Virus record (IMG/VR): IMGVR_UViG_3300021961_000019
Direction: 5' to 3' (one strand)
Origin: a virus
Length of the DNA: 64,000 nt
Below the pieces are notes generated by a model. The model was not told the origin of the DNA. It saw nothing but the letters and a program-made list of their open reading frames with translations, and ran no database searches. Positions 1 through 8,235 of this stretch are shown here, piece after piece; position 1 is the stretch's first letter, and each line of letters begins with the position of its first letter. The translations under genes and the position numbers were made by a program.

Positions 1-408
1 CTCCGGCACAATTTTTCCAAGAACAATACTCAATAGACCATCCTCAAATTCAACTGATCTAACTTCCGTATCATCTGAGAGAGTCCATGCTCGGGTGAAA
101 GATCGTTGAGCCAGTCCTTTGTGGACATACTCCGTTTCCGTTTCTTTGTCTTCCTTTTGTCCCTCAACGAATAATTTTCCGTCCTGTGTGTATACAAAGA
201 CCTCTTTTTTCTTAAATCCCGCGAGGGCGATCTCCAATCTCGATTCGACATTGCTTACACTTACTAGATTATAGGGTGGATAATTTGAAGTTGTTTCATG
301 TAGGTTGAATAACCTATTAAAATATTCATCCATTCCAATACTATTGCGCGTGATTCTATCCATCAACGCAGGCAAATCGGCCGCAGTATAGCGTGAGAGG
401 TTTGTCAT
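1..408 (-). CDS. hsp20: Small heat-shock protein (Hsp20/alpha-crystallin family), partial, runs off left edge; missing from ORF track
   Basis: Manual translation from ATG at 408: MTNLSRYTAADLPALMDRITRNSIGMDEYFNRLF...NYPPYNLV...RLEIALAGF...HKGLAQRSF...EFEDGLLSIVLGKIVPE. Frame open to base 1; SD AAGGAG at 417-422; usual position downstream of regA. Confidence 0.95.
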   Translation of the reverse strand, partial: MTNLSRYTAADLPALMDRITRNSIGMDEYFNRLFNLHETTSNYPPYNLVSVSNVESRLEIALAGFKKKEVFVYTQDGKLFVEGQKEDKETETEYVHKGLAQRSFTRAWTLSDDTEVRSVEFEDGLLSIVLGKIVPE

Positions 409-464
409 TATAGTAGCTCCTTAAATAAGCGAGTTTGTGTTTTGTGGACCCTTTCGGCATCCAC
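409..464 (-). promoter_or_regulatory. Structured hsp20 5' UTR: GAAA-tetraloop hairpin plus SD-sequestering hairpin (ROSE-like)
   Basis: GUGGAUGCC-GAAA-GGGUCCAC (444-464). CUCGCUU-AUUU-AAGGAG (417-433) pairs the SD with a bulged G. TATAAT at 470-475. Confidence 0.6.
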
Positions 465-486
465 TATTAATTATAACACATAGCAT

Positions 487-511
487 AAAAAATGGGGGTC
501 GTAAACCCCCA
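487..511 (-). terminator. Intrinsic terminator after regA
   Basis: TGGGGGT/ACCCCCA stem (493-511) followed by a U-tract on the minus strand. Confidence 0.8.
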
Positions 512-538
512 CCAAAAAGTTTGGTTAACCGAAATATA

Positions 539-964
539 TCATTCGGCAGACCTATTTCTTTTTCCAATATTATATTTCTGCTCCAAAATCCACTCACCTT
601 TATCGCGGTAAGGAAGAACTTTGATTTGATTCAAAGGTGCAATATCAAACACCTGATCAGGATTTACAATTGTAACCAAATCCCAATCGGCAAGAAGTTG
701 TGTAATTCTATTTCTTCTCTGAATGTCATTAATCGTAAGGTTTGCATGTTTGCCATCAAGAGCAAACAATTCCTTGAAATGAACAAGATAATATCTTCCC
801 TGCTTATGCAGAATGTGGCAGGATTGATAGAGTTTCTTCTCTTTCCGGGAAGCAACTCCAATTCTTGTCAGGGTCTCCCGGACCTTAAGAAAATCATCTG
901 GTTCATTTAAAAGAACCTCAACCATCATAGATGGGTTCCATTCCACAACTGGTTCAATAGTCAT
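539..964 (-). CDS. regA: Translational repressor RegA
   Basis: PDDFLKVRETLTRIGVAS...LYQSCHILHKQGRYYLVHFKELFALDG signature; follows g62. Confidence 0.97.
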   Translation of the reverse strand: MTIEPVVEWNPSMMVEVLLNEPDDFLKVRETLTRIGVASRKEKKLYQSCHILHKQGRYYLVHFKELFALDGKHANLTINDIQRRNRITQLLADWDLVTIVNPDQVFDIAPLNQIKVLPYRDKGEWILEQKYNIGKRNRSAE

Positions 965-1341
965 TTTGCACCGCCAATATCAAGTTTACGTTTAATAAGT
1001 GTAATTTGTTGACTAGTTAAGATTTTTAGTGCTTGTTGTGCTTTCTGTGTACTATATCCATAGTAAGTTTTGACACATTCAAGATCATCAACTTTTTCTT
1101 TCCTAATCCAAGGAGAATAGCGTTTCCTTTTTCTCAAAGTATTTATAAGAAAATCATATTGCATCTTCTTTGGCAGAAAATGATACACATTCATCTCATT
1201 TGCAAAAAGCAAACTATCAATCTGCCCACTTAAACAACGGTTAATAATATACGGTGCATATTCCTTCTCAAGTGAAGGATCCTCATCAATCAGATTCTCT
1301 TTAGTTTGATTGATTGAGTTCAACCAGTCCTTCAATTCCAT
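961..1341 (-). CDS. g62: Clamp loader small subunit gp62
   Basis: MELKDWLNSIN...Y.PYIINRCLS...FANEMN; start trimmed to ATG at 1341; synteny g44-g62-regA. Confidence 0.9.
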   Translation of the reverse strand: MELKDWLNSINQTKENLIDEDPSLEKEYAPYIINRCLSGQIDSLLFANEMNVYHFLPKKMQYDFLINTLRKRKRYSPWIRKEKVDDLECVKTYYGYSTQKAQQALKILTSQQITLIKRKLDIGGAK

Positions 1342-2173
1342 AATTAAATAGTAGCAATTCTTTACGTTTCTTTTGATCTCGCATATATTCACCAACTGAA
1401 CGCATGGTGTAAGTTAGATCAAACTCGGCGGCATTCCAGTTCTCAAAGCGACTCTTTACCAACTGATCAGAATTATAACTGATTAATTGATGCATATTAC
1501 AAGAATCGCAATCAACAGCAAACCTATCGTGATCAAATCCTTTGTGCATTGATCCTTTACGCCCATAGAGGTTGTCCTTAATATCATAAGGAGGATCAAG
1601 ATAAACAAAAGCACTCTCATCCCCACCCAACAAATAGTCGTAAGAATAGTTAGTGATCTTCCACCTAGAAATCAGTTCAGAATATTCGGGGAGTCTCTCT
1701 ATTCCGCGCAAAGAGAAGTTGGAGTTGCTCGCTTGGGCAGAAAAGGATGAGGACTCTGTGAGACCAGAAAAAGAGCACTTGTTAACAACATAAAAAGCAA
1801 CGGCACGATCAAAGGATGATACTTCTGGTTCATTAATTTTCTCCTTAGAGATTGTGAAAAGTTGCCTTGCCTTATCTGGTGTATCACAAACTGCCTTTAG
1901 ATCTGCCAGGGCAGTTGACATTTCACTCCCAAACATTTGGAGCTGTTGCCAAAAGTTTACCAGCGGTTCATACAAATCATTCACCCAGATATTCAAATCT
2001 GGATATTTCTTGGTGATATGAATTGCAACACTTCCACCACCAATAAATGGTTCACGAAACTCTCTATACTCACTAAGATCTGGAAAATATGCGTCCATCT
2101 TATTAACCGCCCTACTCTTGCCGCCAGGGTATCGGAGAGGTGTTTTTAGCGATTTTTGAGTGAGAATTGTCAT
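1301..2173 (-). CDS. dam: DNA adenine methyltransferase (Dam/D12 class)
   Basis: LRYPGGKS, EPFIGGGSV (SAM binding), NDL, YLDPPY catalytic motif. Confidence 0.93.
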   Translation of the reverse strand: MTILTQKSLKTPLRYPGGKSRAVNKMDAYFPDLSEYREFREPFIGGGSVAIHITKKYPDLNIWVNDLYEPLVNFWQQLQMFGSEMSTALADLKAVCDTPDKARQLFTISKEKINEPEVSSFDRAVAFYVVNKCSFSGLTESSSFSAQASNSNFSLRGIERLPEYSELISRWKITNYSYDYLLGGDESAFVYLDPPYDIKDNLYGRKGSMHKGFDHDRFAVDCDSCNMHQLISYNSDQLVKSRFENWNAAEFDLTYTMRSVGEYMRDQKKRKELLLFNYGIEGLVELNQSN

Positions 2174-2177
2174 AATA

Positions 2178-2477
2178 TCAGGTAATCAGTTTCTTGGACG
2201 GTTTAACAATCGGGGATGGATTGAAGAACCTATCATAGTATTCTAACACACCCTCTTCAGGGTCTGCAACATAAACAACGAAGCGACGATCAACCACAAG
2301 TTCTTTCTGCTTCTGACTCAGAATTGGAGACCAAGGAGCAAATCCAAGTTGACCATTTCCTGCAGGAACCGCGACCAGAGCATTATGAATCGCAAGTGAA
2401 TTACCCCGATCTTCCAAAAGTTCTGCAAGGACATCCTCACCAGAGGACATACGAATCAATTTAACATTCATTTTCAA
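2178..2477 (-). CDS. Conserved small phage protein, possible Sm-like fold
   Basis: VKLIRMSSGEDVLAEL beta-rich N-terminus; tightly packed in operon; fold is inference. Confidence 0.65.
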   Translation of the reverse strand: MKMNVKLIRMSSGEDVLAELLEDRGNSLAIHNALVAVPAGNGQLGFAPWSPILSQKQKELVVDRRFVVYVADPEEGVLEYYDRFFNPSPIVKPSKKLIT

Positions 2478-2662
2478 ATACCTCTAAAATTTGCATTACG
2501 AACATAGTTGGTAAATTCTTCTGCCATCATACGATATCCAGAACCAACATAAATCTGACCAGATACTACCGCTACTGCGCAGATGCCCCAGAAGATGTAA
2601 TACCACTTCGACTTAACTTGATACTTTCTCAAATATTCAAGTTCATTCTGCTTCTTTCCCAT
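2474..2662 (-). CDS. Small hypothetical membrane protein
   Basis: One hydrophobic segment (WYYIFWGICAVAVVSGQIYVG); 4-nt overlap with next gene. Confidence 0.7.
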   Translation of the reverse strand: MGKKQNELEYLRKYQVKSKWYYIFWGICAVAVVSGQIYVGSGYRMMAEEFTNYVRNANFRGI

Positions 2663-2668
2663 AATAAA

Positions 2669-2890
2669 TTAAATGCTTGTGGGACACTTCGTTAGGACGG
2701 TTGCAACAGCAGCTGCTTGCAATCCGGGACTTTTTTCAACAACCCGATTAACTTCTTTTGCACCATATTTATCGGCAGCTTTGCCATAAGCAATCAACAC
2801 TGCTTTCACAGTATCAACCCCACGGGCGCGGGAAGAACAGAAGTCTCCAGACATGAATTGTAAAAGTGTCAATAATGTTAAAGTTGCCAT
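2669..2890 (-). CDS. Hypothetical protein (hydrophobic N-terminus, two Cys)
   Basis: Fills the gap between g44 and the next ORF with short spacers. Confidence 0.7.
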   Translation of the reverse strand: MATLTLLTLLQFMSGDFCSSRARGVDTVKAVLIAYGKAADKYGAKEVNRVVEKSPGLQAAAVATVLTKCPTSI

Positions 2891-2897
2891 AATAACC

Positions 2898-3842
2898 TCA
2901 CTTAAAATTACATTCGCACATAATTTCTGTCAGTGCTGCAAGAGTATTAATCTCCTGATCAGCAACAAATCCGCTCTGATACAGATACTTTGCGATGATA
3001 AGAACTGCAGCAGGAATACTTGGTGGGGTCAGATATTCGTAACAAGCATCATAAATGCGACGAAGAACGATATGTGCATCATTATCTAGATTTGTTGTGA
3101 CCCACTTACGAACCTCAGTAAAATTCTTTTCCTTAAGGTTTTTAACCAGTTCATTTACTGTAATATCAGCGAAACATGCAAGAATTCCAGAATCAATTTT
3201 TCCGCCAATAGAATAACGTTGGCACTCATTAATGATCCGACGAAAATCTGGGAAATATTTAGTGACCATTTCAATAAGAACCTTCTGATCATATTCAATC
3301 CGCTCAGTGTCGAGAATAAATTGAAGACGCTTCAGAAAGTTTCCCGCAAGTTGTGCCTTTTGCTTCCCCTTAATTGAGAAGTCAATTACTGCACATCGAG
3401 AATGAAGTGGTTCGATGATTTTATTCTTGTAGTTGCAAGTAAAGATAAATCGACAGTTATTATAAAATGTCTCAATATTTGCCCGCAAAAGAAGTTGCAC
3501 ATCGTTTCCAGTATTGTCTGCCTCATCGATGATGATCACCTTATGCTTTGCATCAGATGAGAGAGACACGGTAGAAGCAAAGTTCTTTGCTTGATTCCTA
3601 ACAGTATCAAGAAACCTTCCTTCATCAGAACCATTAATTACATAGTAATCTGCTCCGATTTCATTGCACAATGCTTTGGCGATGGTCGTTTTGCCGACTC
3701 CGGGGGGTCCAGCAAGCAGGAGATTTGGAATTTCACCTTTTTTGACAAACTCACGAAAAGTCTTTTTAGTATCATCGGGAAGAATGCAATCATCCACATT
3801 TTGTGGGCGATACGTTTCCACCCAGAGAAATTCACTTGCCAT
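2898..3842 (-). CDS. g44: Clamp loader large subunit gp44 (AAA+)
   Basis: LWVETYRP, GPPGVGKTT Walker A, IIIDEAD Walker B, SRC motif. Confidence 0.97.
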   Translation of the reverse strand: MASEFLWVETYRPQNVDDCILPDDTKKTFREFVKKGEIPNLLLAGPPGVGKTTIAKALCNEIGADYYVINGSDEGRFLDTVRNQAKNFASTVSLSSDAKHKVIIIDEADNTGNDVQLLLRANIETFYNNCRFIFTCNYKNKIIEPLHSRCAVIDFSIKGKQKAQLAGNFLKRLQFILDTERIEYDQKVLIEMVTKYFPDFRRIINECQRYSIGGKIDSGILACFADITVNELVKNLKEKNFTEVRKWVTTNLDNDAHIVLRRIYDACYEYLTPPSIPAAVLIIAKYLYQSGFVADQEINTLAALTEIMCECNFK

Positions 3843-3859
3843 AATTTAAATAGATCATA

Positions 3860-3894
3860 TTTACAGTATACCACAGATTTCAATCTGTGTCCAC
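3860..3894 (-). promoter_or_regulatory. Sigma70-like promoter for g44 with a palindromic spacer
   Basis: TGGACA-N17-TATACT on the minus strand; CACAGATT-tc-AATCTGTG dyad at 3872-3889. Confidence 0.55.
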
Positions 3895-4029
3895 TCTTGT
3901 CTCAACAATTTCACATCCCTCAGATTCAAGACGTTCAATCATACTATCAAACACCTCCTCATCCCAACAAAATGACAAGCCATTTTGCCCAGACAAATTG
4001 GTGTATTGAACATAATAAGTAAATCCCAT
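3880..4029 (-). CDS. Small acidic hypothetical protein (49 aa), below ORF-track cutoff
   Basis: MGFTTYVQYTNLSGQNGLSFCWDEEVFDSMIERLESEGCEIVETRVDTD*; starts 3 nt after the upstream stop. Confidence 0.65.
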   Translation of the reverse strand: MGFTYYVQYTNLSGQNGLSFCWDEEVFDSMIERLESEGCEIVETRVDTD

Positions 4030-4031
4030 AA

Positions 4032-4562
4032 TTACACCCAATCAGGTTTACGATCTGGTTTGCGAAGATAATTTGAAGAAACCCACGGTTTGGACGAAAC
4101 ATACATTCTATATGCCATCACATCATCAATAGATTCGTCCAACTTGTATTCATCTGGCATGGCACGAACAAACTCATCAACCTTACCCCAATCATAAATG
4201 GAGTGTCCATGATTATGGAAGATTGTCATTGCCTCTTCTATTGTGGTCTGACATGAATGGCGTTTACCATAACGCTCAGTGTACTCAAAACAGAGGGCAA
4301 GACCGTGAGCAAGGAGCCATGCGGTGTTTGCCGGGTCCTGTGCTGCCCACCGGGTGCAGGGGTGGTTCCTGAAGGCACCCTTGGACGTGCTGTAGGAGGT
4401 CCCGTCTGCCTTGTGCAGGGCACCCCACCCCCAATACCACTCAGAGAGCACCAGAGAGAGCATCTGGCACGTCTCTAGGGGCATCTTGACTACATGACGG
4501 TCTGGAAGTTGCTGCGCTGCCTTGTGGGGGTCAGTATCGGTGATGAAGATGTTCAAAGACAA
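4032..4562 (-). CDS. Pyrimidine-dimer DNA glycosylase/endonuclease V-like protein
   Basis: MNIF..D.DP..AAQ.LPD.HVVKM.LE..QML and NHPCT.W motifs typical of this family. Confidence 0.75.
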   Translation of the reverse strand: MSLNIFITDTDPHKAAQQLPDRHVVKMPLETCQMLSLVLSEWYWGWGALHKADGTSYSTSKGAFRNHPCTRWAAQDPANTAWLLAHGLALCFEYTERYGKRHSCQTTIEEAMTIFHNHGHSIYDWGKVDEFVRAMPDEYKLDESIDDVMAYRMYVSSKPWVSSNYLRKPDRKPDWV

Positions 4563-5044
4563 TACCTCTTAAGCATGTACGTGGTCAGAAGGGGACTCTT
4601 CTCCATATAATAAGCCTCTGCCTCAAGGGCGGCGGAACTTAGATTCAGCGTATATGCCATAGATCTGACCACGCTTTTCTTTTGTGATGCTGTCAACTCA
4701 TCCAGTTTAACGCGAGTTGTAAGGACCGGAGACCTCTTATTACACATCTGGGCAACATGAACTGCCTCATGAGTAACTGCCTGGTTCACCATATTTTTAA
4801 CCATGGACTTACTTACCGCTGGAGAATGACCACCCACGGCAATATGCTTTTCGATATTATTAAGGCAAATCCCAATTTTGTTCTCAGCACTGGTCCATGC
4901 AAATACAACTTGGGACATATCACAAAGTCCGGAATTTTCCTCAAGCTTCCAATTTGCTTGTTTCATAATCCCAACCATTTCAAGTTGATATGGGAGAAGA
5001 AGGGCGATAAATTCAAGCATCATTAAAGTCAGAATCAGGTTCAA
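4553..5044 (-). CDS. Hypothetical protein with HExxH zinc-metallopeptidase-like motif
   Basis: VTHEAVHVAQ plus a downstream LEAEAY Glu; hydrophobic N-terminus. Confidence 0.6.
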   Translation of the reverse strand: MNLILTLMMLEFIALLLPYQLEMVGIMKQANWKLEENSGLCDMSQVVFAWTSAENKIGICLNNIEKHIAVGGHSPAVSKSMVKNMVNQAVTHEAVHVAQMCNKRSPVLTTRVKLDELTASQKKSVVRSMAYTLNLSSAALEAEAYYMEKSPLLTTYMLKRYCL

Positions 5045-5690
5045 GTGCGATATAGTAAGTCAGATCGTAATCCCTACTCACCCAACGAGACAGAAGTTTA
5101 CGTGAAACTGTAACGTCATAAGATCCGGGAAGAATCTTAATATTCTCCACTTTGAAGTTGAACGAAAACTTAGATTCGGTCTCACCAACAACAACGGAGA
5201 AATCATTAGAAGTATCATTCTTCTTGTCGCGGACCATGATCTTAACAACACCATATTCACCAACTGCAGAAAGATCCTGAAGTTGATAGACGGATGCTGC
5301 CTTGAGCAGACGGTCCAACTGCTGAGTGTTCAGTTTAAATGCAACGTCTTCGGTGGGAAGAACGATTGATTTCTCCGGAGGAGTCACAATTAGACTCGGA
5401 TCTGAGAAGAAGTAATTAGAACGAGTCCTGCCCTCACGAATTACAACGTAATTGTCATTCGTAAAATCCAGTTCGGGATTCTCATGAAGTGCAAGACCAT
5501 TTAGGAACTGGTTCAGATCATAGATCCCAAAATCACGTGGGAAATCATCTTCAATTGTTGCCTCTGCGAGGATATTCTTCATCACCGACATGGTGCGAAG
5601 ATTCTTACCTTGTTTAAAAAGAATTGACTGGTTGATTGAAGAAAAGTTCTTCAGAAGGACCAGAGTTTTATCAGAAAGTCTCATAACCAT
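5013..5690 (-). CDS. g45: Sliding clamp gp45
   Basis: LS..TL..LKNFSSINQSILFKQG..LRT.S..KNILAEA.I...FP..FGIYDLNQFL; start trimmed. Confidence 0.95.
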   Translation of the reverse strand: MVMRLSDKTLVLLKNFSSINQSILFKQGKNLRTMSVMKNILAEATIEDDFPRDFGIYDLNQFLNGLALHENPELDFTNDNYVVIREGRTRSNYFFSDPSLIVTPPEKSIVLPTEDVAFKLNTQQLDRLLKAASVYQLQDLSAVGEYGVVKIMVRDKKNDTSNDFSVVVGETESKFSFNFKVENIKILPGSYDVTVSRKLLSRWVSRDYDLTYYIALEPDSDFNDA

Positions 5691-6273
5691 TAGAATTAGT
5701 TTTGTGGAAACCTGCGAAGTGGTACAGAAGCACACCATAGTGCATAATCTTCAGGGCGTCAAGTTTAGACATCCCGTTCTTTTTGCCAAATCGGGAAGCA
5801 TACTTGATCAGGTTGTCCCTGCAGAACGGAACACCATCACCAATTGCCTCAATAATATCAAGGACTTGAACTTTAGAGTTCTCAGAAGTATAGTGAGAAT
5901 GATAAGTGCTGGTGAGATATTCCTCAAGCACCCTCAGAGTTTGATCCTCACTAAACTTCCAAAATCCATTTGAGTTGCTGGTGTCAGCAGCGTCAGGATC
6001 GGAAAGATTGAATTGAACCACATCATTCCCCGCTGCAGAACTGGAAAATGAAATCGTATCATCTGCTGCAGCACCCTGAACATGGGATCCAAAAAAATGA
6101 TTAATATAGTCATCTCCACCAGTTCCAGAGTGGATGACGAAATCTGGGCCGACAAGATCATATCCATCGTCATAAAGATCTGCATCGCCTGCGCTGGGGG
6201 CATCAACAGGACCAACATGATCGGTGACATACAGATCAAACGAATAATCAGAATAATCGGACTGTGAACTCAT
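5671..6273 (-). CDS. Conserved phage protein, acidic N-terminus and DUF3310-like C-terminal domain
   Basis: EEYL..TY..HY...VQV.DII...G...FCRDN.IKYASRFGKK...DALKI.HY; domain name from recall. Confidence 0.7.
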   Translation of the reverse strand: MSSQSDYSDYSFDLYVTDHVGPVDAPSAGDADLYDDGYDLVGPDFVIHSGTGGDDYINHFFGSHVQGAAADDTISFSSSAAGNDVVQFNLSDPDAADTSNSNGFWKFSEDQTLRVLEEYLTSTYHSHYTSENSKVQVLDIIEAIGDGVPFCRDNLIKYASRFGKKNGMSKLDALKIMHYGVLLYHFAGFHKTNSNGYETF

Positions 6274-6313
6274 AATAATCTCCAATAGCAAATACTCACA
6301 AGACTTTTTTTAC

Positions 6314-6342
6314 ATTATATCAGAAAGGAGCTCCGTTGTCAA
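6314..6342 (-). promoter_or_regulatory. Consensus sigma70 promoter
   Basis: TTGACA (6337-6342)-N17-TATAAT (6314-6319) on the minus strand. Confidence 0.9.
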
Positions 6343-7441
6343 CAGGAGATTCTTCCTGGCCAGGTTGAAAATCCGGATCAACCTTATCATAGAGTTCCAT
6401 AAATGCAGATTTGGTTTCATTATCGAAACGATTAACACAAACCTTGATTGCCTTAGACTTGTCGCGGAAAATGGAATATGCACGAATAATGTGAACAAGA
6501 CGACGGGTGCTGATGATCTCATCAATACCACCATCAAAGAATGTCTTGCGGATCACATCTGCCCAGTCAACAAGTCGCTTGCAGAAGTCACGATCCTCAA
6601 TTCCAAGTTCCAAAGAAATACCCTCAAGGATCTTCTGCTCTACGGTTACGCTAGGATACTCCTGCTCCATCGTAACAGGGAAACGCTCAAGGAATGCCTC
6701 ATTCAGCACGTTTGTGCCAATGAAACGTCCATCATCGGATCCCTTACCTTTTGTGTTTGCAGTAGCAACCACGTTGAAACCAGCAGCGGGTTTCACGAAA
6801 CGTCCGATCTTTTTCAGGAAGACTCCTTTCCCCTCAAGGATTGATTGAAGGCAAAGAATTTTGTTGGAAGCCAGGTCAATTTCGTCAAGCAGTAGAACCG
6901 CACCGCGCTCCAAGGCTTCGATGACCGGACCATTATGCCAAGCAGTTTCACCGTTGACCAAACGGAATCCGCCAATAAGATCATCCTCATCAGTTTCAAT
7001 AGTAATGTTTACACGAATAATTTCACGCTTAAGTTGGGCACATGCCTGCTCAACACTAAAAGTCTTACCATTCCCAGAGAGACCGGTAATGAATACAGGA
7101 TAGAAAATACCAGACTTCAGGATCTTCTTCACATCAGAAAAATTGCCAAAGGGAACAAAAGTATGATCCTTATCAGGAACAAGACTATTTGTATCTTCAG
7201 CGTTAGGGATCACAGAAATTGCACTATAGCTATGCTCAATTTTCTCAATATCTTTTTTAGTCACTTCAAGATTCCACTTACCACGACCAACTTTAAACTG
7301 ATCCAAACGCTTAGTTACGGTTGGATACGAAACTCCATGAGTTGTGCAATATTCCCGGACATTTTCAGCAGTAATATCCACACCGAAAGAACCACGAAGT
7401 TCATCAATTACAGAGTTGTTGATTTTGCTTTTGAATGCCAT
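6320..7441 (-). CDS. cobS: MoxR/CobS-like AAA+ ATPase
   Basis: GLSGNGKT Walker A, LLLDEID Walker B, ATANTKGKG, NEAFLERF; start trimmed to MAFKSK. Confidence 0.88.
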   Translation of the reverse strand: MAFKSKINNSVIDELRGSFGVDITAENVREYCTTHGVSYPTVTKRLDQFKVGRGKWNLEVTKKDIEKIEHSYSAISVIPNAEDTNSLVPDKDHTFVPFGNFSDVKKILKSGIFYPVFITGLSGNGKTFSVEQACAQLKREIIRVNITIETDEDDLIGGFRLVNGETAWHNGPVIEALERGAVLLLDEIDLASNKILCLQSILEGKGVFLKKIGRFVKPAAGFNVVATANTKGKGSDDGRFIGTNVLNEAFLERFPVTMEQEYPSVTVEQKILEGISLELGIEDRDFCKRLVDWADVIRKTFFDGGIDEIISTRRLVHIIRAYSIFRDKSKAIKVCVNRFDNETKSAFMELYDKVDPDFQPGQEESPVDNGAPF

Positions 7442-7471
7442 CAGGGGGTTGTTCCTCTCATCTACCCCTTT

Positions 7472-7527
7472 AGTATACATCCCTCAAAGACCCCGACGCA
7501 CAAAAAAGGACAGTTCTGAAACTGTCC
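7472..7527 (-). promoter_or_regulatory. Dyad GGACAGTT-N4-AACTGTCC upstream of TATACT -10 box (cobS-like gene)
   Basis: Perfect 8-bp inverted repeat at 7508-7527, TATACT at 7472-7477; the U-tract after it means it may also terminate. Confidence 0.6.
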
Positions 7528-7534
7528 CCAAGAA

Positions 7535-7684
7535 TCAACTTTTGTAGCGTTCACATGCTTCATCAAATGGAATTATATTGCCATCAACATCTTTATAGAA
7601 GACTTCTTTACCGCGCATTCTTGCCTCATATGCAACCATACGGGACATCATATTGGTGTTCTGTAGAATTACTTTTTTGCTCAT
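7535..7684 (-). CDS. Small hypothetical protein (49 aa)
   Basis: MSKKVILQNTNMMSRMVAYEARMRGKEVFYKDVDGNIIPFDEACERYKS; starts 2 nt after upstream stop. Confidence 0.6.
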   Translation of the reverse strand: MSKKVILQNTNMMSRMVAYEARMRGKEVFYKDVDGNIIPFDEACERYKS

Positions 7685-7685
7685 G

Positions 7686-8201
7686 TCAATCTTTCTCAAA
7701 GGTAAATGTCTTATTCTTAACTTTGGTGTCAAATTCACCAGTTCTCCCCGGTCTCATTTTTCCCTGAGGAACTCTCTTACCCTTACCTGGCCATGCTCCT
7801 TTTTTGGTGCCAACAAGATCACCAGATCCGCTGGGTTTCTTCTGAACCAGGACAGCATCTTGCCCATGCTTTGCGCCCAGCTTTTCAACTGCCTTCTTAA
7901 ACTTCCTCTTACCCTTCTTTCCAGAGCTAATGATGTGCGACTTTTCACCAACCTTTCTTCCTTCTGGGGATCCATCATCCTCAGTATATCTTCCCTGTGC
8001 CTTTGTTGGTCCTGGGAGTCCAGCGCCCTTAATGTCCTTCTCCATTTGACGAGAACGTGCTTTATTCTCTTTCTTGGATTTGTCTCCACGTTCAGCAGAA
8101 ACAATTGCCAATCCACCTTTCTTTGATTTCTGGACAACTCTGGAAAGTCCCCCCTCTTGGAGGGACCTACACTCAGTCATGAACTCCCTAAAAGTCTTCA
8201 T
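7686..8201 (-). CDS. Basic late protein with N-terminal capsid-targeting-like sequence; putative internal head protein
   Basis: Starts MKTFREFMTE; K/G-rich; ATAAATA late promoter at 8230-8236. Confidence 0.7.
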   Translation of the reverse strand: MKTFREFMTECRSLQEGGLSRVVQKSKKGGLAIVSAERGDKSKKENKARSRQMEKDIKGAGLPGPTKAQGRYTEDDGSPEGRKVGEKSHIISSGKKGKRKFKKAVEKLGAKHGQDAVLVQKKPSGSGDLVGTKKGAWPGKGKRVPQGKMRPGRTGEFDTKVKNKTFTFEKD

Positions 8202-8235
8202 CTTGTGCAAGTAATTCTTCTCTATTCTATATTTA

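Noticed and set aside
30-251. 73-aa minus-strand ORF in the track
   Set aside because: Alternative frame inside the real hsp20 CDS, which the track missed because it has no stop in the window.
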